The position numbers and the translations under genes are program-made. From the NCBI GenBank assembly GCA_012729785.1, contig JAAYCL010000036.1, positions 59,174 to 123,173 on the forward strand: a DNA stretch of 64,000 bases, in the 5' to 3' direction. Positions 38,502 to 48,244 of the stretch are shown here, piece by piece (positions within the stretch are counted from its first letter, which is position 1; the number at the start of each line of letters is the position of its first letter). Origin of the DNA: Chlamydiota bacterium. Its GTDB lineage: Bacteria; Auribacterota; Tritonobacteria; UBA1439. The notes under the pieces were generated by a model, which was not told the DNA's origin, searched no databases, and saw only the letters and a list, made by a program, of their open reading frames with translations.

Positions 38502-39392
38502 ATGAGATTCTTCTCCACGCAGATCAAGGTCAAGAAGCGCGACATCCCGGCCGGGCTCTGGATGAAGTGCAAGAGCTGCGGCGAGATGGTCACGCGCCAG
38601 GAGGTCGCGACCAACCTCCAGACCTGCCCGAAATGCGACTACCTCTACCCGCTCCCGGCGTGGCAGCGGATACGCAGCATCTTCGCCGAGGGGGAGTTCT
38701 TCGAGACGGACCCGGAGATGCGCCCCACCGACCCGCTCCGGTTCGTCGACACCCTCCCGTACCCGAAACGCCAGGCGATCGCCGAGAAGAAGGCGGGGAT
38801 CCCGGAGGCGATCGTGACCGGCGTCGGGTCCCTCGCCGGGTACGGCACCGCCTTCGCGGCGATGGACTTCCCGTACATGGGGGGGAGCATGGGCTCGGTC
38901 GTCGGCGAGAAGATCACCCGGCTGACGGAGCTCGCCCTCCGGGTTCGTCTGCCCCTGATCATTGTCTCCGCCTCGGGCGGCGCCCGGATGCAGGAGGGGG
39001 CGCTCAGTTTGATGCAGCTCGTCAAGACCAGTGCCGCCCTCGCTCGGTTCGCCTCGGAGGGGCTCCCCTATATCTCGGTGATGACGAACCCGACCACCGG
39101 CGGGACCACCGCCTCGTTCGCCTCGCTCGGCGACATCATCATCGCGGAGCCGGGCGCCCTGATCGGGTTCGCGGGGCCGCGGGTCATCAAGCAGACGATC
39201 CAGCAGGAACTCCCCGAGGGGTTCCAGACCGCCGAGTTTCTGATCGCGCACGGGATGGTCGACATGATCGTCGGGCGCAGGGAGCTCAAGGGGGCGCTTG
39301 CCGAGCTCCTCGGGATGTTCGGCGCGCCCTCCTTCTCGCCTGCGATGGTGCCGCCGGACGCCCGGGGCAGCGGGGCGGCCGGGGAGGGGTGA
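38502..39392 (+). CDS. accD: Acetyl-CoA carboxylase carboxyltransferase subunit beta
   Basis: The C4 zinc finger CKSCGEMVTRQEVATNLQTCPKC is followed by the carboxyltransferase domain. An in-frame GTG at 38481 is a possible alternative start. Confidence 0.9.
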   Translation: MRFFSTQIKVKKRDIPAGLWMKCKSCGEMVTRQEVATNLQTCPKCDYLYPLPAWQRIRSIFAEGEFFETDPEMRPTDPLRFVDTLPYPKRQAIAEKKAGIPEAIVTGVGSLAGYGTAFAAMDFPYMGGSMGSVVGEKITRLTELALRVRLPLIIVSASGGARMQEGALSLMQLVKTSAALARFASEGLPYISVMTNPTTGGTTASFASLGDIIIAEPGALIGFAGPRVIKQTIQQELPEGFQTAEFLIAHGMVDMIVGRRELKGALAELLGMFGAPSFSPAMVPPDARGSGAAGEG

Positions 39393-40723
39393 GCGCTTCC
39401 GCGCCCCGCCGCATGCCCGGCGCGGCGGAGGCGTACCTCGCCTCCCTCGAGCGTTTCGGGATGCGTCCCGGCCTCGAGCGCATACGGCGCCTGCTCGCCG
39501 CCTGCGGCGAGCCGCAGCGCTCCTTCCAATGCATCCACGTCGCCGGGACGAACGGGAAAGGGTCCGTCTGCGCGATGACCGAGTCGGCGCTGCGCGCCGC
39601 CGGGCTGCGGACGGGTCTCTACACCTCCCCGCACCTGTTCTCCTTCAGGGAGAGGATCTGGCGCCTCGGCGAGCCGATAGGGGGGGAGGAGGCGGACGCG
39701 CTCGCGGAGGAGCTGATCCCCGCCGCGGAGCGGATCGCGGCGGGCCCCGCGGGGCCGCCCACCTGGTTCGAGTTTATGACCGCGATGGCCTTCCTCGGAT
39801 TCAGTCGCGCGAAGGTCGACTACGCCGTCGTCGAGACCGGCCTCGGCGGGCGGCTCGACGCGACGCGTCCGATCGAGGCCCCGGTCTCCGCGATCGTCTC
39901 CGTCGGCCTGGAGCACACGGAGATCCTCGGCGGCACCGTCGCGGCGATCGCCGCCGAGAAGGCGGAGATCATCGCCGAGGGGGCGTCGGTCGTCTGCGGT
40001 GAGATGGGGGACGAGGCGTTCGATCCGATCCGGCGCCGGGCCGCGGAACGAGGCGCCGCCCTGCTCCGCGTGGGGGACGAGGTGCGCGTCTCCGTGCTCC
40101 GGGAGGGGCCGGAGGGGAGCGTCGTGGAGGTGCGCGGCCCGTGGGGGCGTTACGGCCCCCTTGCGCTCCCCCTCGCCGGGCGCCACCAGGCGGCCAACTG
40201 CGCCGTGGCGGTCGCCCTCGTCGAGGCGGTGCGGAGGCGGGGGGCGGCGGTCGCCCCGGAAACGGTCGCCCGCGGGATCGGGGCGACGCGGTGGCCGGGC
40301 CGGCTCGAGATCGTCCGCCGCCTTCCGCTGACCGTCGTCGATTGCGCGCACAATCCCGACGGCGCGCGCGCCGCCGCCGCCGCCCTCCGGCGTCTCTTCC
40401 CGGGGCTGCGGTGGGCCCTCGTGCTCGGGCTGCTCCGGGACAAGGACGCGGGGGGGGTCTGCGACGCCCTCGCCCCCCTCTCGACGGAGCTGTTCACGAC
40501 CGCCGTGCCGAGCGCGCGCACCGCCGACGCGGCGGCGCTCGCCGCGCTGTGTCGGGCCCGGACCGGCAGGCGCGCCGCCGCCGCCGCGGGCCCCGCGGAG
40601 GCGCTGAGGCGCGCGGAACGCGCGGTGTCCTCGGGCGCGGCGGACGGGGTGCTCGTCGCCGGCTCCATCTATCTGGCCGCGGAGGCGATGAAGCTGACGA
40701 AAGGCGTACGGGGAGAGACCTGA
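39389..40723 (+). CDS. folC: Bifunctional folylpolyglutamate synthase / dihydrofolate synthase
   Basis: P-loop VAGTNGKGS and Mur-ligase-family organisation. GTGA overlap with accD; an alternative ATG start at 39413. Confidence 0.85.
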   Translation: MSASAPRRMPGAAEAYLASLERFGMRPGLERIRRLLAACGEPQRSFQCIHVAGTNGKGSVCAMTESALRAAGLRTGLYTSPHLFSFRERIWRLGEPIGGEEADALAEELIPAAERIAAGPAGPPTWFEFMTAMAFLGFSRAKVDYAVVETGLGGRLDATRPIEAPVSAIVSVGLEHTEILGGTVAAIAAEKAEIIAEGASVVCGEMGDEAFDPIRRRAAERGAALLRVGDEVRVSVLREGPEGSVVEVRGPWGRYGPLALPLAGRHQAANCAVAVALVEAVRRRGAAVAPETVARGIGATRWPGRLEIVRRLPLTVVDCAHNPDGARAAAAALRRLFPGLRWALVLGLLRDKDAGGVCDALAPLSTELFTTAVPSARTADAAALAALCRARTGRRAAAAAGPAEALRRAERAVSSGAADGVLVAGSIYLAAEAMKLTKGVRGET

Positions 40724-40776
40724 GACGGGGGACGGCTTCTCGCGCACTTCGGCGGAGAATACGGGAGATACGGGAC

Positions 40777-41961
40777 GTGGCCGAGTCGACGCTGACGATC
40801 AGAAACGGGCGCCTGATCCGGAACGGGGTGGCGCAGGCGGACTCCGTGGTCTGCGTCCGCGGGCGTGTCGTCACCTACGCGGGCCCGCCGGGAGGGGCCC
40901 CGCCGCCGTCCGGGAGGGCGATCGACGCGGGGGGGCGGTACGTCTGCCCCGGGTTCATCGATCTCCACGTGCACGGGGCCGCCGGGTGCGACTTCCTCTC
41001 GGCCGACCCCGCCGGGGTGCGGAACATCGCGGCGGCCCACGCCCGCCGCGGCAGCACCGCCCTCTTCGCGACGGTGCGGAGCGCCGCGCCGGAGGAGATG
41101 CGGCGGGCGGTCTCCCTCCTCGGGCAACTGATCCGCTCGGGCGGCGCCCCGGGCGTCGTCGGCATCCACCTCGAGGGGCCCTTCATCAACCCGGCGCGCG
41201 CGGGGGTGCACCCGCTCCGCTGGCTGCGCGCGCCCGATTTGGCCGCGCTCGACGCGCTCCTCGAGGGGGCGGAAGGCTGCCCCCTGATCGTCACCCTGGC
41301 CCCGGAGCTCCCCGGGGCGATGCGGCTCGTCGAGGCCGTCGCCGCGCGCGGGGCGGTCCCCGCGGCCGGGCATTCAGATGCGACGTTCGACGAGGCGTGC
41401 GCGGCGTTCTCGGGGGGCGTCCGTCTCGTCACGCACCTGTTCAACGCGATGAGCGGGATGCACCACCGCCGGCCCGGCCTCGCCGCCGCCGCCCTCGCGG
41501 ACGGGCGCGTCGCGGCGGAGCTCGTCGCCGACGGCGTCCACGTCCACCCCGAGATGGCGAAGATGGCGTTCAGGCAGAAGGGGGGAGACGGCATCGTCCT
41601 CGTCACAGACTCCATGCAGGCCCTCGACGCGGAGGCGGAGATCTTCAGCATCGACGGGGAGGTCTTCTCGGTGCGCAACGGCGCCCCGGTGCGGGACGAC
41701 GGGACGCTCTGCGGCTCCGTGCTCACGATGGGCGGGGCGCTGCGCAACGCGGCGCGATGGACCGGGAAGCGCCCGGAGGAGATCGCGGCGCTCGCCACGA
41801 CGGTCCCGGCGCGGCTCGCGGGGCTCGCGGACCGGAAGGGGGCGCTCCTGCCCGGGATGGACGCGGATATCGCGATCTTCGACGAACGGTTCGACGTGCA
41901 GGCGGCGTTCGTCGGCGGGGCGCTCGTCTACGCGGCGGCGGGATTCGAAGCGGCGCACTAG
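40777..41961 (+). CDS. nagA: N-acetylglucosamine-6-phosphate deacetylase
   Basis: Amidohydrolase-fold metal site DLHVHGAAG and the NagA-like C-terminal barrel. The GTG start is assigned by homology; the 5' end is uncertain. Confidence 0.8.
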   Translation: MAESTLTIRNGRLIRNGVAQADSVVCVRGRVVTYAGPPGGAPPPSGRAIDAGGRYVCPGFIDLHVHGAAGCDFLSADPAGVRNIAAAHARRGSTALFATVRSAAPEEMRRAVSLLGQLIRSGGAPGVVGIHLEGPFINPARAGVHPLRWLRAPDLAALDALLEGAEGCPLIVTLAPELPGAMRLVEAVAARGAVPAAGHSDATFDEACAAFSGGVRLVTHLFNAMSGMHHRRPGLAAAALADGRVAAELVADGVHVHPEMAKMAFRQKGGDGIVLVTDSMQALDAEAEIFSIDGEVFSVRNGAPVRDDGTLCGSVLTMGGALRNAARWTGKRPEEIAALATTVPARLAGLADRKGALLPGMDADIAIFDERFDVQAAFVGGALVYAAAGFEAAH

Positions 41962-41974
41962 GGGGGCGACGGCG

Positions 41975-43804
41975 ATGTGCGGCATCGTCGGCTACATCGG
42001 CGGGAGGGACGCGCAACAGATCCTCCTGAGGGGGCTCTCCCGGCTCGAGTACCGCGGGTACGACTCCGCGGGGGTGGCGATACTCGACGGCGGAACAATC
42101 AGCGTCCGCAAGAAGGAGGGCCCCCTCGCGGGCCTCGCCGCCCTGCTCGGCGCCTCGCCGCTGGCCGGCCGCGTGGGCGTGGGGCACACCCGCTGGGCGA
42201 CGCACGGGGAGCCGGACACGCCCAACGCACACCCGCACACCGACTGCACCGGCCGGATCGCCCTCGTGCACAACGGCATCATCGAGAACTACGCCGCGCT
42301 GCGGAAGGCGCTGCGGGAGGAGGGGCACCGGTTCGCCTCGGAGACCGACAGCGAGGTCCTCGTCCACCTCATCGAGAAGCGCTACGCCGGGGAGTTGCTG
42401 CCCGCCGTCCGGGAGGCGGTCGCGGAGGCGGAGGGCGCCTACGCCATCGCGGCGATCTCGGCGGACAGCCCCGGGGAGATCGTGGTCGCGCGCAAGGCCG
42501 GCCCGCTGGTGATCGGGCTCGGGGAGGGGGAACAGTTCGTCGCCTCCGACGTGCCGGCGATCCTGGAGTACACCGACCGCGTCGTCTATCTGGAGGACGG
42601 CGACCTCGCGCGCCTCACCCGAAACGGTATCGAGATCTTCGACGGCGCCCTCGCCCCGGTCTCCCGCACCCCGCACCGTGTCGAATGGACGATCGAGCAG
42701 GCGGAGAAGGGCGGCTTCGAAAAGTTCATGCTCAAGGAGATCCACGAGCAGCCCGAGGCGCTGCGGAACACCCTCATCGGGAGGATCCTCCCCGACAAGA
42801 CCGGCGTCGTCCTCGAACTCCCCCGCGTCGACGAGGAGGCCATCCGGTCTCTGACCAAGATCTTCATCATCTCCTGCGGAACCGCCTGTTACGCCGGGAT
42901 GGGCGGGCGCTACCTCCTCGAGCGGTACACCGATCTCGCCGTCGAGGTCGACTACTCGAGCGAGTTCCGTTACCGCAACCCGAGGCTCGACCGGAACACG
43001 CTCGTGGTGACGGTGAGCCAGTCCGGCGAGACCGCCGACACCCTCGCCAGCCTCAGGATGGCGAAGGAGCGGGGGTGCCGGATCGTCTCGATCGTGAACG
43101 TGATGGGGAGCAGCATCGATCGGGAGAGCGACGGGGTGCTCTACACGCGGGCGGGGCCCGAGATCGGCGTCGCCTCGACCAAGGCGTACACCGCCCAGCT
43201 CGCGGCGTTCGTCCTCCTGACCGTCCACGCCGGGAGGATCAGGGGGCAGATGGACGGCGAGGAGGCGCGGGGGATTTTGGCCGAGCTGGAGGCGCTGCCG
43301 GAAAAGGTGGCCCGGGCGCTGCGTCTGGAGGCGCAGATCCGAGAGATCGCCGCCAACTACGCCGGGGCGAGGAGCGCGTTCTACCTCGGGCGCGGGTTCA
43401 ACTACCCGACCGCCCTCGAGGGGGCCCTGAAGCTGAAGGAGATCTCCTACCTCCACGCCGAGGGGTATCCGGCGGGCGAGATGAAGCACGGGCCGATCGC
43501 CCTCATCGACCGCGAATTCCCCGTCGTCTGCATCTGCACGAAGGGGGAGAACTATGGTAAGATGCTCTCCAACATAAAGGAGGTGGAGGCGCGGGGGGGG
43601 AGGATCATCGCGCTCGCCACCGAGGGCGATGACGCCCTGGCGGAGATCGCCGAGGAGTTGATCCAGGTCCCCCCGACGCGGGAGGAGTTGTCGCCCATCG
43701 TCAACGCCGTGCCGCTGCAGCTCCTGGCCTACCATATCGCCCGCGCCCGGGGCTGCGACATCGACAAGCCGAAGAACCTGGCCAAGAGCGTCACGGTCGA
43801 GTAG
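41975..43804 (+). CDS. glmS: Glutamine--fructose-6-phosphate aminotransferase (isomerising)
   Basis: MCGIVGYIG Ntn nucleophile and two SIS domains. 609 aa. The C-terminus is the typical VTVE. Confidence 0.95.
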   Translation: MCGIVGYIGGRDAQQILLRGLSRLEYRGYDSAGVAILDGGTISVRKKEGPLAGLAALLGASPLAGRVGVGHTRWATHGEPDTPNAHPHTDCTGRIALVHNGIIENYAALRKALREEGHRFASETDSEVLVHLIEKRYAGELLPAVREAVAEAEGAYAIAAISADSPGEIVVARKAGPLVIGLGEGEQFVASDVPAILEYTDRVVYLEDGDLARLTRNGIEIFDGALAPVSRTPHRVEWTIEQAEKGGFEKFMLKEIHEQPEALRNTLIGRILPDKTGVVLELPRVDEEAIRSLTKIFIISCGTACYAGMGGRYLLERYTDLAVEVDYSSEFRYRNPRLDRNTLVVTVSQSGETADTLASLRMAKERGCRIVSIVNVMGSSIDRESDGVLYTRAGPEIGVASTKAYTAQLAAFVLLTVHAGRIRGQMDGEEARGILAELEALPEKVARALRLEAQIREIAANYAGARSAFYLGRGFNYPTALEGALKLKEISYLHAEGYPAGEMKHGPIALIDREFPVVCICTKGENYGKMLSNIKEVEARGGRIIALATEGDDALAEIAEELIQVPPTREELSPIVNAVPLQLLAYHIARARGCDIDKPKNLAKSVTVE

Positions 43805-43832
43805 ACCGCGGCGCCCGCCCGCCGTGCGTCCC

Positions 43833-45908
43833 ATGCGCATCAGGATCCAATCGAAGATACTCGCCAGCTTCATGGCGATGGTCGCCCTGATCATCGCCCT
43901 GCTGCTCTTCACGCTCTTCTCGATCCGCATCATGGCCGACGGCACCCGCCGGCTGGTCTACGTGCAGAAGAAGTCGGGGCTCATCACCGACCTCCAGATG
44001 ACGCTCGACCGGGCGGTCACGGCCCTCGGCGAGTATATGGTCTCGGGGAAGAAGTCGCGCCGGGCGACGTTCATCCAGCTGGTCCTCTTCTACACGAAGA
44101 ACATCGAGGCGCTCGAGCGGTCCTCCCTCGCGGGCCCGGCGGGGAAAGGGACAGGCGACGCCCGCGAGCGCGCCGCCGTCGCCGCGCTCAAGGCCGAGAT
44201 CGCCGTCATCGACCGGAACGCCCGCGAGATCCTCTCCCTCGTCGACAGGATAGAGCGGGCGCAGGGGCACCGCCTCATCCAGGATGTCGCCGCCTCGGTG
44301 AAGGACGCGCTCGAGAAGAAGGCGGAGGGGGGGGGCGGGGGCGCGCCGTCGCAGGAGCTCGCGATGCTCGGCGGGCTGCTCGGCGTCAGCACCCGCGACG
44401 CCCAGCGGCGCCTCGCGGAGCTGGAGGTGCTGAGCCGGACCATCTCGGAGTCCGAGTCGCGCCTGAAGGAGCTCTTGCTCCAGCTCGTCGAGGCGAAGGA
44501 CCGGGCGCTCGAGAAGATCGCCGAGCTGCATGAGCTGGCCCAGCGGGAGGGGCTCCAGGCGATCGGGACGGCCACGCTCGCCGACCGGCGGGCGAGGAAG
44601 ATCAGCCTCGTCGGCGGGGTGATCGTCCTCGCCTGCGGGCTGGTGTTGGCGCTCTACCTGTCGCGGTCGTTCTCGCGGCCGATCTCCGATCTCGACCGCG
44701 GGGCGCGTCTCATCGGCGAGGGGGACTTCGATCACCGGATGGTGTTGGACACCGGGGACGAGCTGCAGGACCTCGCCGAGCGTTTCAACACGATGGCAAA
44801 GAGACTGAAGGCGTCGTACGGCGAGCTCGAGGAGCGCGTCCGCGCACGGACGCGCGAGCTCGAGGCGTCGAACCTGCAGCTGCGCCGGCTCTTCAACGGC
44901 ATCTCCGACGGCATCTCGGTCATCGACAGGGAATTCCGGATCGTCAACGTCAACGACGGCATCGCCGCCATGGTTGGACGTAACGGCGCGGAGCTTGTCG
45001 GCGGCACCTGCCACCGCGTCTACCGGGGGAGCGACAGCCCGTGCCCGGGCTGCCCCGTCGCCGAGACCTTCAGGTGCGGGACGACCTCCTCCGGGGAGGT
45101 CCGCTGGGACGTCCCCGGCGGCAAGGCGAGGGACGTGGAGATCTTCAGCTTCCCTCTCATCGAGGAGGAGGGGGCGGTGACGCACGTCATCGAGTACGCC
45201 AAGGACGTCAGCGAGAGGAAGGCGCTCGAGCGGAAGCTGTTCCAGTCGGCCAAGCTCGCCGGGATCGGCACCCTCGCCGCGGGCGTGGCGCACGAGATCC
45301 GCAACCCGCTGGGGATCATGAAGGCCTCGGCGGACATGATCAGACGGGGCAGCAAAGAGGGGGAGCAGAACTGGGAGCTCGCCGGTTTCCTGATGGAGGA
45401 GGTCGACCGTCTGAACCGCGTCGTGACGAGACTCCTCGACTTCGCGCGTCCCTCCGCGCCCAACAGCGCTCCGTGCGACCTCGCCGGGATCCTGGAGCGC
45501 GCGGTCGCCCTTGTCGGCCCGCAGCACCGTCTCCAGGACGTGGAGGTGGATCGCGCCTACGCCCCGGGGATCCCGCGCGTGCGCGCCGACGGGGAGCAGC
45601 TCTGCCAGGTCTTCCTGAACCTGATCTTGAACGCCGTGCAGGCGATGTCGGGGAAGGGGCGCCTCTCCCTCTCCACCGGAACGGGGGAGGGGGAGACGGT
45701 CGTGGCGAGCGTGGGCGACAGCGGCGGCGGCATCGTTGGGAAGGACCTGGAGCAGATCTTCGACCCGTTCTTCTCGACGAAGGAGGGCGGCGCGGGCCTC
45801 GGCCTCGCCATCGTCTACCGGATCGTGGAGGCGCACAAGGGGCGGATCGAGGTGAACAGCACGCCGGGCAAGGGGACCACCTTCACGGTGACGCTGCCGG
45901 CTGCCTGA
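43833..45908 (+). CDS. Sensor histidine kinase (transmembrane, HAMP, PAS, HisKA, HATPase_c)
   Basis: Two transmembrane helices flank a roughly 230-aa sensor domain. A HAMP-like segment is followed by a PAS domain with a CxxC pair (CPGCPVAETFRC). H-box HEIRNPLG, N-box and G2-box GGAGLGLAIV. Confidence 0.85.
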   Translation: MRIRIQSKILASFMAMVALIIALLLFTLFSIRIMADGTRRLVYVQKKSGLITDLQMTLDRAVTALGEYMVSGKKSRRATFIQLVLFYTKNIEALERSSLAGPAGKGTGDARERAAVAALKAEIAVIDRNAREILSLVDRIERAQGHRLIQDVAASVKDALEKKAEGGGGGAPSQELAMLGGLLGVSTRDAQRRLAELEVLSRTISESESRLKELLLQLVEAKDRALEKIAELHELAQREGLQAIGTATLADRRARKISLVGGVIVLACGLVLALYLSRSFSRPISDLDRGARLIGEGDFDHRMVLDTGDELQDLAERFNTMAKRLKASYGELEERVRARTRELEASNLQLRRLFNGISDGISVIDREFRIVNVNDGIAAMVGRNGAELVGGTCHRVYRGSDSPCPGCPVAETFRCGTTSSGEVRWDVPGGKARDVEIFSFPLIEEEGAVTHVIEYAKDVSERKALERKLFQSAKLAGIGTLAAGVAHEIRNPLGIMKASADMIRRGSKEGEQNWELAGFLMEEVDRLNRVVTRLLDFARPSAPNSAPCDLAGILERAVALVGPQHRLQDVEVDRAYAPGIPRVRADGEQLCQVFLNLILNAVQAMSGKGRLSLSTGTGEGETVVASVGDSGGGIVGKDLEQIFDPFFSTKEGGAGLGLAIVYRIVEAHKGRIEVNSTPGKGTTFTVTLPAA

Positions 45909-45999
45909 GACGGGCGACAAGAGACGGGAGCCGAGGCGGTCGTCTGACGTCGGGGCAACCGGTTCCGCCGCGCAGGGCGCCGGCGGAAGAGAGGAGAGG

Positions 46000-47370
46000 A
46001 TGAAGCGGCGGGTGCTGGTGGTGGACGACGAGCGGAACATGCTCCGGTTGGCGGAGATGATGCTGGGACGGGCCGGCTACGAGCCGCTCCTGGCCTCCAA
46101 CGCCGCGGAGGCGATCGACCTCCTCGCCGCGCGGCGCGTGGACCTCGTGCTGACCGACCTCAAGATGCCGGGCGGGATGAGCGGGATCGACCTGCTCCGG
46201 GAGATGCGGCGCCGGGAGATTTCGACCCCGGTGGTCATCATGACCGCCTTCGGTACCATCAAGGGGGCCGTCGAGGCGATGCGGCACGGGGCGAGTGACT
46301 TCGTCCTCAAGCCGTTCGACGTCGAGAGCATCGAGACGGTCATCGCGAAGGTCTTCGAACTGGAGAAGGTGAAGCGGGAGAACGTCTACCTCAGGGAGGA
46401 GCTCGTCCGCGCCCGCGCGGCCCCCGAGATCGTGGGCGCGAGCGGGAGGATGCGCGCGATCCACTCCCTGATCGACCGTGTCGCCCCCACCGACGCCTCG
46501 GTGCTGCTCTTCGGCGAGACCGGCACGGGGAAGGAGCTCCTCGCGCGCTCGATCCATGAAAAAAGCGCGCGGCGGGAGGGGCTCTTCGTGGCGGTGAACT
46601 GCGCGGCGATCCCCGCTCCCCTCCTGGAGAGCGAGCTGTTCGGCCATGTGCGCGGGGCGTTCACCGGGGCGGCCGCGGAGCGGACCGGCAGGTTCGAGAA
46701 GGCGGACGGGGGCAGCATCTTCTTCGACGAGATCGGGGATATGGAGCCCGCGCTCCAGGCGAAGATACTCCGCGTCCTGCAGGAGAAGGAGTTCGAGAAG
46801 GTGGGGAGCAACGAGACGATCATCGTCAACGTGCGCGTGATCGCCGCCACGAACCGGGACCTCCGTCAGATGATCCGGGACCGTCTCTTCCGGGAGGATC
46901 TGTACTACCGTTTGAACGTCGTCAGCATCACGGTCCCGCCGCTCCGCGAGCGGACCGAGGATATCCCGGCGCTCGTGGAGCAGTTCGTCGCGAAATATTC
47001 GCGGGAGTGGGGCAAGGAGACCGCCCCGCCCCCGGCGGAGGTGCTGCGGGCCCTCGCCGCCTACCCGTGGCCCGGCAACGTCAGGGAGATGCAGAACGTC
47101 ATCGAACGGGCGGTGGCGGTGAACAGCACCGGCAGGATCGGCCTCGAGGACCTCCCCCCCGAGATCGTCCGGGGCGCCGCCGCGACGCCGGAGGGGGGCG
47201 TTTCCCCCGCTCCGCCGCCGGGCCTCGACGGGGCGGTCGCCGCCCTCGAGCGGGAGCTGATCGAACAGGCGCTCCGCGATTCCAACGGGGTGAAGGCACG
47301 CGCGGCGAAGCTGCTGGGGATCAGCGAGCGGAACCTGTGGTACAAGCTGAAGAAATACGGTATCGTCTGA
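46000..47370 (+). CDS. Sigma54-dependent response regulator, NtrC family
   Basis: Receiver domain (DDE...D...K). AAA+ domain with GETGTGKE and the GAFTGA sigma54-contact motif. C-terminal Fis-type helix-turn-helix. Confidence 0.9.
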   Translation: MKRRVLVVDDERNMLRLAEMMLGRAGYEPLLASNAAEAIDLLAARRVDLVLTDLKMPGGMSGIDLLREMRRREISTPVVIMTAFGTIKGAVEAMRHGASDFVLKPFDVESIETVIAKVFELEKVKRENVYLREELVRARAAPEIVGASGRMRAIHSLIDRVAPTDASVLLFGETGTGKELLARSIHEKSARREGLFVAVNCAAIPAPLLESELFGHVRGAFTGAAAERTGRFEKADGGSIFFDEIGDMEPALQAKILRVLQEKEFEKVGSNETIIVNVRVIAATNRDLRQMIRDRLFREDLYYRLNVVSITVPPLRERTEDIPALVEQFVAKYSREWGKETAPPPAEVLRALAAYPWPGNVREMQNVIERAVAVNSTGRIGLEDLPPEIVRGAAATPEGGVSPAPPPGLDGAVAALERELIEQALRDSNGVKARAAKLLGISERNLWYKLKKYGIV

Positions 47371-47390
47371 CCCGTCACGGAGGGGTGCGG

Positions 47391-48194
47391 ATGCATATGT
47401 CGGCGCGTGTGGCGGCGTTGCTGCTCGCGACCTCGGCCGCCGTCGGCCTCGGGGCCGAGGAGTCGCCGCGCCCGGCCGCCCCGTCCGCCGCCCCCCGGCG
47501 GCTCAGCCCCGCGGACGCGGAGTTCTGGCGGGAGCTCGCCCCGCGGCCGGCCGACCTCTGGGGGGAGACCACGGAGACGTTCAGGGGCTGGAACCTCGCC
47601 GCGGTCGCCGCGACCGCGGGGCTCGCGGGGGGGCTCGCCTTCCTCGACGCCGACATGCAGAAACCGTGGCGCGACGGCGACAGGCTGATCGGCGCCGACC
47701 TCTGCGACGTCGGCGACCTGGTCGGGCACCCGGGGGTCCAGGCCGGCGTGATGGGCCTCACCTACACGCTCGGCCAGGCGCTCGGCGACGAGACGCTCGC
47801 CAAAACCGGGAAGTCGATGGCGGAGACGATGATCTTCACCTCCCTCGCCACGGTCGCCCTCAAGGGGATCTTCAACCGCGAACGGCCCGACGGCGACGAC
47901 CATATGTCGTTCCCCTCGTGGCACGCCTCCGCGACCTTCGGGAACGCCACCGTCCTCGCGGAGTACTACGGGTGGAAGGCGGCGGTCCCGGCGTACCTCG
48001 TCTCGGCGTTCGTCGCCTGGAGCCGGGTCGAGGACAACAAGCATTTCGTGAGCGACGTGGTGGCGGGCGCCGCCGTGGGCTGCATCTTCGGGCACGCGGT
48101 GTCGCGCTACAACCTCAGGGTCCATCCGGCCGTCTCGATCGAACCGGTGCTGCTGGATGAGGGGGCCGGCGTCCAGGCCCGCGCGCGGTTCTGA
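47391..48194 (+). CDS. PAP2-family (type 2 phosphatidic acid phosphatase-like) phosphatase, secreted or membrane-associated
   Basis: Signal peptide. PAP2 motifs KGIFNRERP, SFPSWHAS and SRVEDNKHFVSDV. Starts 21 nt after the response regulator. Confidence 0.8.
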   Translation: MHMSARVAALLLATSAAVGLGAEESPRPAAPSAAPRRLSPADAEFWRELAPRPADLWGETTETFRGWNLAAVAATAGLAGGLAFLDADMQKPWRDGDRLIGADLCDVGDLVGHPGVQAGVMGLTYTLGQALGDETLAKTGKSMAETMIFTSLATVALKGIFNRERPDGDDHMSFPSWHASATFGNATVLAEYYGWKAAVPAYLVSAFVAWSRVEDNKHFVSDVVAGAAVGCIFGHAVSRYNLRVHPAVSIEPVLLDEGAGVQARARF

Positions 48195-48244
48195 CCTTCC
48201 GCGGCCGTTTCGCCGTTTGGAGGGTCGCTCGCACGGAGAGCGGC

